A stretch of DNA of 64,000 nt, taken from Antechinus flavipes. Its lineage: Eukaryota. Within the stretch, counting starts at the first letter, position 1. Every line of letters begins with the position of its first letter. Location of the stretch: contig NC_067398.1 of the NCBI RefSeq assembly GCF_016432865.1, forward strand, positions 243,908,001 to 243,972,000. The letters are read 5' to 3'. This document shows positions 45,501 through 57,489 of this stretch, piece after piece. Made by a program: the position numbers and the translations under genes. The notes below the pieces were generated by a model, which saw nothing but the letters and a program-made list of their open reading frames with translations, made no database searches and had not been told where the DNA came from.

Positions 45501-46929
45501 GATGGTCTGTGGTAGCAGTTGGAGTAGAAGGATTCTCTTCCTCCTTTGGGTCAACTTCTGGTCGTGTTGCGGCCATTAGGGAAGGCAGTGGTGTTGGAGG
45601 TGGTGGTTGATGCTGTTCTTCTTCCCCCCCACTACGACGAGTTTTAAGATGAGCCCGTAAGTGGTTTTTAAGGGCTGCAGCATTGAATAGCTGCTTTGGA
45701 CAGACTGGACATGGATAGACACCAGTCTCATGACTCTTCCGGTGATTGATAAGGCTCCCAGCATGTCGGTAAGTACGGCCACAATCAGCACAACGGAAAG
45801 GCCTGTATTCTTCTACTCCACTATCATTAAGCTCTCCAACATCAAGCTCTCCAGAAGTATTTAACTCCCCAGAGGCATTAAGTTCCTTAGGATCACGAAA
45901 TTGATTTCTATCATGTCCACTTTCTCCATTAGCAGATGGCTCTCCTTTTTCTTCCCAGGATTGTTCCTTCCCTTCCCCCTCATGGGCTTGCTGATGTCCC
46001 AACAATTCATTAGGCAGCCGGAAAGCTCGAGGGCAACGAGGACATTGGTAAGGCCTATATTGAGTATGTAACCTAGAATGATTCTTTAGAGCCATAAGGT
46101 TAGAAAACTCCTTGAAGCACACAGCACAGGGATAGACACCTAGGGCATGGCTCTGACGGTGGTTGGTTAGACTTCCAGCATGTTTATAGGCTTTGCCACA
46201 CTGTCCACACTTATACCGACGTTCATCCTCAGCAGGGGGGGATTGAGGTGGTCTTTCATTCCCTGCAAAATCCACCATGGATTCAGCTAAGTACTGCTCT
46301 AAATTGCTAAGAAGGCTATTGACTGGAGCAGGAAGAGCAGGGGACTCTGTAGAACTTGATGTGTTTCCCCATCCCTCTATACTCTCTTTAGAATCTATTT
46401 TGTTCTCCCAGTCATCCTTGTGTCCAGGTGGCTTTTCCCAGGTACTAGAAGATTCTCTAGGATCAGGCCCAGCCTCCCATACATGTGTACTTTGTCCATG
46501 GCTTGCCTGGTTGTCCCAGTTTTCCCGAGGACCAGGCACACTTCCCCAAATGTTAGTGGTAGTCATCTGGCCCTGGCTGTATGATGCAGCCTCTTTGTAG
46601 CGGGGGGGCCTATGCCTCCTGCGGCCCTCTGGGGCATGAGTCCTTAGGTGACTCTTGAGAGCCATAGGATTGGAGAAGTCTTTGTTGCATGTGGTACAGG
46701 GAAAACGACCAATCTCATGGGTCCGTCGATGATTGACCAGACTACCTGCATGACGGTAACCCCGCCCGCACTGTACACATCGGTATGGCCGAGGAATCCC
46801 ATCAGCTTCATCATCATTCCTGTTTGGAGGTGAATGATGGAGCAGCTCACGGTGACGTGCCAGTTCTGGAAGGCTGGGGAAATGACGCTGACAATCAGGG
46901 CAGCTGATCAAAGCAGGCGTATCCTCCAT
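39567..46929 (-). CDS. ZNF646: Zinc finger protein 646 (~1850 aa). Main coding exon 41421-46929; last exon acceptor at 39681 (stop 39623-39625) or 39610 (stop 39567-39569); the unspliced form stops at 41407
   Basis: Uninterrupted 5.5-kb ORF MEDTPALISCPDCQRHFPSLPEL... with about 30 C2H2 fingers; donor G|GTATGA at 41421; the last exon encodes DPSLQWPPDLGFSL, like the recalled human C-terminus. Confidence 0.95.
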
Positions 46930-48498
46930 GAGGTGGCAAAGCAAACTGCAGAATGCTCAGGAAACACAGGCAAGTGGTAATAGCATCTTCTTGCTCTGGA
47001 GAAGCAGCAAAAGGGACTAGAATTTAAAATAAAATAAAATTTTAAAAAGGAAGCATTTAGAAAGGAGATGAGAATGTAATTTACTGTAAGTGACCCTGTC
47101 CATTAGGGAGTATCTTCATGTTACTTCATGTCCTGCATTAAAGTTCCTTATATGGTCAAATTCTCAATTTCCCCCAGATAAAAACAAGATAGGGTAAACA
47201 AAAACTGAGAGACTGCCACTTCCCTGGATAAAAGGAATAAATTTCTATTACCTTTTACTTGTTTTGATTATCAAAGTCCAGCACCAAGACCCCTTAACTG
47301 TAGTTATCACAACCCAAAGAACCCTTTCCTTTCTTCTTTCTTTAATACTCCCCAAACTTAATTTAACTGTCATTGGTGCCCCCATCTCACCCTCTTTATT
47401 TCCTGACCCAATGAACTGGTTTTTATCTCTCTCAAGTTTTACTTCTCTAAAATCTTTAGATAAGAATAAAGTTCACTTTTTACCACCCAAGTTAAAGTCA
47501 TTATTTGAGATAAAACTACACTAATACCTTATATAAGTTGCTGGGGATCCAACTCAAGAGTTTTTCTGTATCACTATTCTCCAACTGAGGATCTGTTAAG
47601 TTAAAAAAAAAAAAAAATCAAAACTCACTGTTCAAGAAAAGACTAGCCTTTCTATACTCTCTACTTTTACTACTTTAGCCTTTATCTCCGCCCCCCCCCA
47701 TCCTTTGCAGATCATGCATTCCCATTGTTTCCCATCTAATAAATACTTTAGGTATTTTAAAAAATTTGAAAAAAAAGTTTTTGAGTTCACAAATCCCTTT
47801 TCACATAATCCTCACAACAATTCTATGAAGTAGGGAGAACAGATTTTATCATTCCCTCCCCAATTACAGATGAAGAAACTAAGACCCAGTAAGAAGTAAT
47901 TTGGCTAAGGACCTATAACTAAGTGGCAAAGTTAGGGAGTCTTGAACCCAGGTCTCCTGATTCTTAAGTCTTATCCTTCTTTCACATAACCATGTGCTTC
48001 TCTTCTGCTTCCTTGTTTTTTATCCCCTCTCTTCAAATTCTTTCAATCTTTTCCCCTCTTCCTCAGTCATTGTTACTTTTGTTTTTTCTTCACTCCTCAA
48101 GACCTCTTTTTCTCCCACACTTCAACTCTTGGGTCTTCACCATATATTTCACATCCACAGGCACACACATACACACACAACTCTGCTTCCAAAAGGTTCT
48201 TTCTTCTGGCTATCTCAACTGGACCCCACGTCCTATTCTTCTTTTAAACCAATCTTAACCACTGCTTTATCCATCTTTTGGAACCAACAACTTGAAATGG
48301 ACACATGAATGTTCTACTTTCTCTCCAGGGGCTTCAGATCAAAAGGGAAGGTCTTAGGTACCCCTTCCCCCCATTCCCCCAACAGTAGCCACTATCCTGA
48401 CTCTTCCATCTTCCAGCCCCGCCACGACCCAAACCCCTTCTAGTGTCGCGCCCCCCCACAATCCCGAAGCCCAACAAGCCGTCAAGTCCCCTCCCTTC

Positions 48499-48507
48499 CC
48501 TCACCTC
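48499..48507 (-). other. ZNF646: Candidate donor of ZNF646 non-coding exon 1
   Basis: GAG|GTGAGG at 48505/48504 at the edge of the CpG island; candidate acceptors for the coding exon at 46995 and 46945. Confidence 0.55.
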
Positions 48508-49885
48508 GCCTCCCTGGGGGCGGGGAGAGGACGCTGGTCCCTCTCTGAGCTCCCTGCCTCCAGCTCACCAGTTGATTGGGAGGGGCCCAAAGTCCTTCGT
48601 TTCCCTAGGGACTGAGAGTTAAATTGGGGGGGGGGGGAGGGAGGTCGGAAGGTGTAGAAGACGACAAGGTTGCGTTCGTTCGTACAGGGCAACGGTCGAA
48701 CGGGGTGGGGGGGATGTCCGAGTCTCACGAAGGCTGAAGGGCCGTTCGCGCGTGCGCACAATGAAGACCACTACTCTTCCTCCTCCCCCATAACCCCCCC
48801 AACTGCCGAAGAGTTCTGTGAGGTAGGGAGGGGGTGGGGGAGGAGTAGAGCAGTCAGTCGCCCGATGCCCGCTCAAGTTTCCCCCCCCAGGAGGGGGGGG
48901 AGAGGGTCTCTCGTCCACGCGCAAGCGCGCTCAGGCCAGGAAGCCAAGGAAGAGGAGGAAGGGAAAGTGGGGAGGGAAAAGGGAAGGGGAAGGAGGGGGA
49001 AAGGAAAGGGAGCTCAGCTGGCACGAGCCCGAGGTCTCCCCCGGCTCCGCGGACACTTCCTATTGTTACTAGGAAACAGGAAGTGTTCGCCCCGCAAAGG
49101 CTTCCCTACTAACCTCCGCCAAACCCGCCCCGGTAGCACTTTCCCTTCTTTTCGTCTGGCCCAATGGGACCGCCCCGTTTCTGGTGCCTGGGAGCGGTAT
49201 CCAAGGTACAATACTAGCCCCTCCCACATCACTAGGCACACTTCCGTTTGTCCAATAACTGTTAAACTGCACATCCGGTGGAGTAGAGCTAAAATAGTTC
49301 CCGCCATACATTTCTCTAGGAACGGTAATCAAATGATTGCACGTGTTACATACTATAGGTCAGGTGGGTCCTAGACAAATGGCTCTCTATAATGTTTGGT
49401 GACACTTCTTATAGAGTTCCCCCCTTTGGTTAGTTATTTTCCTCTTCCGGTGACGTTAGCTTCCAAGTGTTATATGACAGTAGTCACCGGAAGTGTGGCT
49501 TGCTTTAAGTCTTTATATGTGCTCCGCCTAAATCTTTCCCCATTCAATGACAGCTCAGGGGGTGCGCTTGGTCCTCGGCTCTCTTTCGAAAGTCTTACCC
49601 ACAAACGAACATCTCTTCTAACGTCTAGTGGTGGCTTTCGAACCCTCTCGGATTTTATTTCCGTTAGTCCCCGCCTATTGCGAGTCAATTACATTTTCCA
49701 TCCTCTTTCTCTCAGGGGCCCCGCCTAAACCCTTCCCCCTCCCTCTTAGCAGGAGAATTTCCCCACTTCCGGTGCCTAGCTCTCCTCCCATCTCCCCCGC
49801 TGGGTCCTAGCGCCGGCCCTATTTTAGCGGGAGCTCCGGCTCTGTCCTCTGGAGCTACTGCAGCCGAGAGCGCGTCAGGCTCCCC

Positions 49886-49894
49886 CAGGTAAGA
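49886..49894 (+). other. ZNF668: Candidate donor of a ZNF668 non-coding first exon
   Basis: CAG|GTAAGA at 49888/49889. Confidence 0.55.
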
Positions 49895-51556
49895 GCCGTG
49901 AGCGCGACCCTGGAACGTGCCCTGTGCAACTTGGGTCATGGAAGTCCCGTTGGTTCGGGTCGTCACAGGTGGACTCAGTTTTCCCATCCGTAAAATGGGA
50001 GGGGGTATGGGAGGACCAAAAGCCTTTTCATGGTTCATTGAGGTCTGACATTTTGCTGAGGCAGGAACTCTGCATTGATTCTGGGCCTGAGGCTAGTAAA
50101 GCCTTTGACACCTCATTTTATTTTCCCCCACCCCCATTCACTGACACACGCCTATTCCTCTTCTGTGCAGTGTTCAGGGATTACCATTGCCCCCCCCGCC
50201 GCTGAGACCCGGCCCAGCATGGTCCTAGAGACCGCCATTTTGCATGCCTTTGTGTGGCGCGACCGGACGCGGCGGCTCCAGGGCTTCCAAGCTCCAAACT
50301 AGACCTGGGGGCGAGGCTCAACGAACGCTGCTTTCCTCATGCTCCTGGGCCCAGCATGTTGAGAAACAGGAGCTGGATGTTTTTTTCCTTAACCTGGTCC
50401 TAGTGACCGCCATTTTACAGGCCTCTCTTTTGTCCCGGGAATTGCAGCAGACTGAGTACCCCGGCTCCCTACCCCTTAGTACTCCTCTTTTCCCCCTCTC
50501 CTTTCCTGTTTCCCTCCTTGACTCGGCCCGTTTCTTCTGTGTCCCAGGAGCCAGCCCCTCCTAAATCCGCCTCGGGCGCTGTAGAAGGCTTTGCTTTCGC
50601 CGTGGTCGCCCCTCCCCCGGTCCTAAAGACCGCCATCTTGACCGTCTTTGTCCCGCGGCCTCGCGGCCCCCTGCGGTGCTCCATAAAGCTGGCGAGGGGG
50701 AGGGGGAGGAGGAGGGAGGAAGAGAAGGAGGAGGAGGGAAAGAGGAGGGCAACCTCCTCTCGCTCCCGCTGACTTGGCTTTCGCGATTAAAGCTTTGGCG
50801 CGGGACGTTAGCGCCGGGAGGGGAACGGATGCCGTGGGAGTTTAAAGCCGGAGGGACTTTAGGGTCCGGCTATCTATCTCATTTTGCTGATGAAGGAACT
50901 GAGGCATAGTCCTATCCCCCCTCCCCACCCCTTTAATACAGATGAGGAAGTTGAGACTCTGGCTGAAGGAAGGGACTTAGCCACGGTCTTGCGGCGCGGC
51001 CAGTGACTGAATCAGGACTTCACGTTGTAATACCAAGTAGGAAGATCTGGATTCGAATCCCAACCCTAGGATTGTAAAATGAGGGGCCTGGACTCGATGT
51101 CTTTATGCGCCTTAGGGCCTTAAAACATTAACACAAAACATTTGTATATAATCTCATTCTCGCTCTCCCTTTTTCCAGCCAGATTGGCTGAGTAGGAGCG
51201 TTGTTCTTTGTCGCTGCCCAGCCTTGACTGAAAGAGGGTGTGACTTGTTTCTCTCCTCTTCCTCCCTCACGCCCCCTCCCCTGCGGCTCCTGCCTGGTGC
51301 TCCCTTTTTACACTGCCTTCGCGGTTCACCCCACCCTCCTGGCCCGGCCCAATTCCCTTTCCTCGGTCCTACAGCCGGACTTGTCCACACCTCCCCCAAG
51401 AGGTCCTACACCTGCGGGTCAGGGTCGGACTTTGTAATCAAAGGGCTTTGGGGCTAGAGAGGCTTTTTACGTCTGCCTTCGCTGGGTCCTAGAGCCCAAC
51501 CTTTGTAGAAGGGTGGAGGGGTGTTGCTTCTAAATGGACAGCTCCCAGCTCGGACC

Positions 51557-51565
51557 TCGGTAAGA
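51557..51565 (+). other. ZNF668: Candidate donor of an alternative ZNF668 non-coding first exon
   Basis: TCG|GTAAGA at 51559/51560 at the distal end of the CpG island. Confidence 0.45.
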
Positions 51566-52656
51566 CGGCGTGACTGGGTCAGCTGGGGAGGTGTGGACTT
51601 GCTCTGGGATTTGGTAATGACTCCTTCCTCCGCTCCGAAAGCTGGAGACTTGGTTTGGGGATCCACTATAAGAAGCTGGTACAGTTTGGTGCTGAGAGAT
51701 TGGGAATTTCTGGCCTTTGTTCAGCTTGAAACTGCCAAAAGAGAATTGTTCACAAACGAGGTTTGAGAAGACTAATTTTCGTTAAATGAAAGCTCATGCC
51801 TGGAGTTTCCTTCACGGTCATTGGCCTCTAGGCCATCAGGGACCTTGGGGATAATTTATTTGCAGGCACTAAGAGAAGTCACTGCTTCTCATAAGCTTCT
51901 TTTGGAAGTTGAGCTAGAAGCTCTCTGAGATCCATTTCTGTTTTAAATCTGTGATTCAGTGATTCCTTATTTTATAAGTCAGGAAATTGATCGTGATAAG
52001 ATGAAAAGGAACAAAACAGGTGAGCCAGGTAAGAAAGTAGCATAGCTGCATTCAAATCTATCTCTTCTGCCTCGAAGTCCTAGATACAGGTGACTAGATA
52101 TAGGATAAGGAGCAGAATATTCCCCTTCAGGAAAACAAATTTTCACCTCAGGGAGAAGAAAGAGTGCTAAAAACAAGTAAAAATTGGGGCAGAACTGTGG
52201 TTCTGGGATAACAAGATCTAAGAATGATACCAAGATGGAGGTTTACCCAGGGTGAAGGGTAAGACTTCAAGGCTAGTGGCAGGTGGTAAACCCTGGGGCT
52301 AGCTAATTTGGGAGATAGCCTCAGCCTGAGCCACAGGAATTTTCACTTTCAAGATGGTGTGGAGAGTCTGGCATCTGAATGGGGAAAATAGAAGGAAGTT
52401 CTGCTGATAAGGAATGGCAGGCCCAGCTGTGCTACTGGGAGTGAGAAGGAATCCACACATACCAGTGAATGAAGAAACAGTGGAGGACACTGCTGGCCAG
52501 GGCCACTTACAGGAGGGTGGAGTTCTCGGTTTGGGTTCCAGGCCAGAGAACTGAAGGAGGACCTGAGGCCTGAGGCACCATTCTCCCAAATCCCCTTTCT
52601 AGAGGTGACTACACCAACAATTTGTTACCCCCCCCCAAAAAAAAAAAAAAAAAAAA

Positions 52657-54712
52657 AAAGAATAGCCAAAGGAGAAAGAACCCAGCTATAGAAAGTTACT
52701 ATGGGAATAGGGAAGATGGAGGTCCATTTTCAGTGGAGGATCCTGAAGTAAACCAGGCCTCTTCTACCCAAAAATTCATGTTAATTACCTCACCAAAAAT
52801 AATTTGTAAAACTCAAAAAAAGACTAAAAATCAAGTGAAAGATTGAGGGAAAAAAATTTTAATTCAAGAAAAACAGGATGATGAAAATCAGTAAACTAGA
52901 AAGAGAAATCTAGAATCTTAAGAAAATGACTCTTTGAAAACTAGAATTGGGCAAGGGGAAACCAAGAAAGTAATGAGACCAAGAAATAATAAAATATAAA
53001 GAATGAAAAAATGGAAAACAATATAAGACATCTCATAATAAAAACAAAATATCTGAAGAACAGATCAAGAAAAAAAATAATAATTGGACTACCTGAAAAA
53101 TACACACAAAAAAAATCTTGATAAAAGAAAAAAATTATTGTCCTGAAGCGTTAAAACAAGTGGGAGGGAAATAAAAATAGAAAGATTTCACAGATCACCA
53201 CATGAAAGAGATCCTACAAGGAAAACCTATGTCATAACCAAATTCTGAAACCTCCAGATCAGAGAGAAACTAATATGAGCAACAAGGGAAAAACCCAGTT
53301 TAAATATGACAGAGGCACAATTAGAATCACATGAGACATAGCAGTGGTTGCATTGAAAGACTGCAGGTTTTGGAAGACTATATATCAAAGAACAAAAGAT
53401 GAGGATAAGAGCCATAAATATCATACCCAGAAAAGTTAAGCATGATCCTGAATGAAAAAAAAAATGGATACAGTGATTTGTCAGACTTTCAGGATTTTGT
53501 TGCAAAAAGACCTGAACTCAATAGCAAATTTGACATATAAGATCTAAGAGAAATTTAAGGTAAACATCAAAGACGAATTTCAAAGGATTCAATAAGAACA
53601 AACTGTTTGTTTTATCTGTGGATGTATAAACTATGTCATTAGTAATTGGGTAGTTCAAGAAAGATTGGGGTAGAGTAAGCTCTACCCCAATTTGATTTAA
53701 AAAGCAAAACTTTGTAGGAAAAAGTAAAAAGTAATTGTCTTATACAAATGAGATACAAGAAGAAAAACTGACACAGAAAAATTAGGTAGTAAAGGAAGCT
53801 TGATAATATGGAACCCTACTCTCATCTGGAAAAAAGGAATAACACATATAGGAAGATATAAAAATCTTCTAATTTCATTAAAAAAAATAAGAGAAGAGAA
53901 TAAGATAAGGGTAATATAGAAAGGTGTGTAGATTAACAGGAATTCAATGTGGGATATATATTAGTGGGAAAGGGATAATGAAGAAGGGAATGTGGAGGGA
54001 AGAGGATAAGAGGGGGTTAGGTTAAATAATAGCAAGGCAAGGTAGTAGGTACAAGTAAAACTGAGGAATCAGCAGATACACACAAATATAATCATGAATA
54101 GACTGTATTACCAAAAAATTACGTATAGTAGTCATTGATATCAGACAAAATTAAAACTAGATTTAGTCAAAAGAGAAAAATAGGGAAACTATACCATATA
54201 TCAGCCATATTAATTGATATTATTTTAGAATTTAAAATAACTACGTAGTATAGAGTTGGAATATTATTGTGGTATAGGAAATGATGAACTAGTGGATTTA
54301 GAAAAATATGGAAAGATAGGGACACATGAAGAATGATAGCTACTTTCAGAGAAACTGGACAAACAAGCATAGTATAGCCCTATATAGAAGTATATGATAT
54401 CTATGTATAAGTATAGATACCTATGTATATATATGTTTATATATAAATATATCTGTGCTTAATTGTAGTCTTCTTGGAGGAGGTAGGAGAAAAGGGGAAA
54501 AAGAATAATGTAAAAAGTACACCGCAGATAACAAAAGAAAACCTAAAAGGAAGCAAAATATAGACAGCTCTCAACACAATGTATAGTATTTATTATATAG
54601 GCTTTCTTGGAATGAAAATTTGTCTTGTGTTCTACTATGCACATGGCAATATTTTTCTTTTCTTTTTTTTTTCTACTTTGTATTTAAGTTTTAAATAAAT
54701 GAATTTTTAAAA
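52657..54712 (+). mobile_element. Degenerate L1-derived element: ORF1, nearly all of ORF2 missing, 3' tail (HAL1-like or internally deleted L1)
   Basis: ORF1-like N-terminus QRRKNPAIESYYGNRED; a short endonuclease-like piece at ~54125-54195 joined directly to ORF2 C-terminal EYYC..RND sequence at ~54255-54320; AATAAA at ~54694. Confidence 0.65.
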
Positions 54713-55470
54713 GAAATAGCCTCAAGACCATGTCTAACTTTTGATTCTCCTCCAACATCCTTCTTTCCCATCCTCATCTTCACTGAATTTTCTTTTTGCC
54801 CAGTTACATATCCTTATTTCAGAAGAAATTGTCAGATATCATAAGGAATCATCCCTATCCTTGACTAGGCTTCAAGTATTCTCATTTGTAAAACTAAAAG
54901 TTTAGACTAGATTATCTTTAAAGTCCCTTGTAAGAGCTAAATTATATAATCCTTCAGATAATGCTATGTATAAAGGAAGGCAAGGGAGATACAAAGGGGA
55001 AAAAAAAACAACTCATAGTTCAGTACTCCAAAGTGCTCATTGCTCATCACTTCTCCACCAACATCCAAAGCCCCAAAGTCTTGGAGGACAAGCTTGGCAC
55101 CAACTCTCATCTTCCATCCCATTTGATATTTCTTTCCCAAAGGTACATATGTACCTTGGGCTAAATCATCTGCTCATTCCAGTACTGCCAAAATTGACCC
55201 TAAGTGAATTATTAGATTTTAATAATGGAAGGGAAGAAATAATTTAGTCCAAATCCTTTATTTTACAGATGTTAACTGAGACCCAGAGAAAAAGAGGGTC
55301 TTGCTTTGCTATGATCTCATGCCTATATCAATCAAGAAATCATTGAGAACCTGTTTGGCTAAGACACTATTCTTGGGGTATGCAAGAGAAAAGAAAGTCC
55401 CAGCCTTCAATGGTCTTAATCAGCTTGGAAGGCCAGACATACAAATCTTGAACAAGGTTATGGTAATGTT

Positions 55471-55596
55471 GAAGCAATTGGGGGTAAGTGACTCTGGTCA
55501 CACAGCTAGTATGTGTTAAGTATCTGAGGCTGGATTTGAACTCAGATCCTCTTGATTCCAGGCTTGGTATTCTATCTAATATGCTATCTAGCTGCC
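55471..55596 (-). mobile_element. Degenerate WSINE1-like SINE
   Basis: gcaattgggggtaagtgact...ggatttgaactcagatcctcttg...tagctgccc. Confidence 0.7.
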
Positions 55597-57424
55597 CTAA
55601 CTATATAGGTTCTTAAAGCATCTTAAGGCTTAATAAAGCTTTTCCTTTACTATAAGTCTGTTAGAAATGTTATCTTCATTTTTATAGATAAAGTGAGTCC
55701 CAAAGAGGTCAGGAGATTTATGTGGCTTGTAAGTGGCTGAACCAGGATTTGAACCCAGGATTCCTGACTCAAAATCCAGTGATCTTTTTGTTCAATGATT
55801 AATACACACAGTGCAAGTAAAGGGAGACTTTGTGGAGAAGGTAGGTTTTAGACAAAAAGGATGTAGGATTTGGATAACCAGAGCAGAGAGACTCAGAATG
55901 GGGATTAGGATAAGGAATATAGATATCTCCCTAGGGTACAACATGTAGAAGGAGGGGGAGAGTCTTGAATGATGCACTCTTTATTAATCTGACTTTCTAT
56001 AAAGGCACACTTTATTAATACTAGAAAATCCATGTGATGTTTGTACGTGTGTTACACTAAAGATTTAACAACTTGCTTGGGGAGGGGAGGGTGAATATAT
56101 GCTTTTTATCCTGGTTCTGGGCTGGAAAGGTTTGGACCTAGAAAGTACTGATGCATTTCTGGCTGTTACATATGGAAATTTTGAGTTAGACCAAATTGAG
56201 GGCAGGGATGGTTGAGGATGAAAGCCAAGTAAAAATATTTAACCTTTCTTGTAAGCAGTGGAGAACTACTGAAAACTTTGGAGCAGGACAGTGACATCAT
56301 AAAACTAGGGTTTGGGAAGATGAATTTGGAAGATGGACTTGAGGGTCAGAATGACCCGAAGAACTTGGATTCTAATATAGTTCAAACAATATCACCATGA
56401 TGGTCTCATGGGTGTAGGAACTTTTACAAACTACCTGCCTGAAAAAGAGGATTCTTCAGGAGATCTCTTCCCAGCTGTGATAATTAGGTTCTTCCAATTC
56501 TTTTCCTTTTACAAAACCAGCTACTCCAAAGCTCTAAATGGGATCTAACATAATCCCATCCCATTGCCTTCCTATCCCTCAATCCTCTTTCTCTCATCCC
56601 AGCTAAGCTGATAATGAAATAGATCGGGCTTGTTAGCCAATCTTATTTGTTTATCCTTAATCCTATGTAGGGCTTAACTGCCTGGCCCTGACAAGATGGG
56701 TGCCAGGATTCCAGGAAGGGGAAAAGAGATGGTGTAAAGAATGAAAGAATGTGAAGCAACCAAATTCCCTCTTTTCCATTTACTTCTACTCTTTTCTGCA
56801 GTCACCAATTCATTCAAATAAAAAAATCTGTCAGGAGAAAGTCCTTATTATGTACCCAGCCCTAACCTGAGTGCTATGGGAAGACAAAAGAAGAACATCT
56901 CTGGGAATGTTGAGTATGTTGTCCTGAAAAAGACTTAGTAGATACATGATCATTACTTTTCAAGCGCTGTCAAACTATCAGGTGGACAAGGACAAACACA
57001 GACCTGTTAAGTATAACTTTAGAGGGCAGAAATAGAATCAGTGAGTGAAAATTACCATAAATGATAATAGATTTAGAGGAGACCAGGATTAGCCTGTGAC
57101 ATATGAAGAACTTTTGAAAAGTGACCTTTCACCTTTGAAAAGACCTTTAACTTAGTCTTTAAGGAACAGAAGAATTTGCCCTGGACTCTGTCATTCTGGC
57201 ACTGTGTCTGGCACAGAGCTGTCATTCATTAAATCATTTTTTATTGAATTGAATGGAGAGGAGGGAAAAAGGTAGGATGGGGTACCTTTCAGCCAAAAGC
57301 TCAGGGGCAGGTCTGCAGGATACATGTTCAGAGGAGAGTCTTCTCTGGTGAGTAAGCACTGAGAAAGAAGGCTGATTACAGAGGGCTCTGAATCCTAGGC
57401 CAAGGAGTTTGGTCTTGATCTCTT

Positions 57425-57489
57425 TTTTTTTTTTTTTTTTTGCTGAGGCAATTGGGGTTAAGTGACTTGCCCAGGGTCACACAGCTAGA
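57425..57489 (-). mobile_element. 5'-truncated WSINE1, 65 bp, young
   Basis: T19 tail plus tgctgaggcaattggggttaagtgacttgcccagggtcacacagctag; perfect 14-bp TSD GGTCTTGATCTCTT at 57411-57424 and 57490-57503. Confidence 0.9.

Larger units (their letters stand above)
48400..51600. promoter_or_regulatory. Bidirectional CpG-island promoter of ZNF646 (-) and ZNF668 (+)
   Basis: About 3 kb CpG-rich region between head-to-head genes, with multiple ETS/GABP (CCGGAAG, CTTCCG) and YY1 (CGCCATnTT) motifs and G-tracts. Confidence 0.88.

Noticed and set aside
42581-46850. Plus-strand ORFs antisense to ZNF646
   Set aside because: Short shadow frames of a long coding exon.
48619-51766. Multiple 70-234 aa ORFs on both strands in the ZNF646/ZNF668 CpG island
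   Set aside because: GC-rich, stop-poor, low-complexity translations with no recognisable domain.
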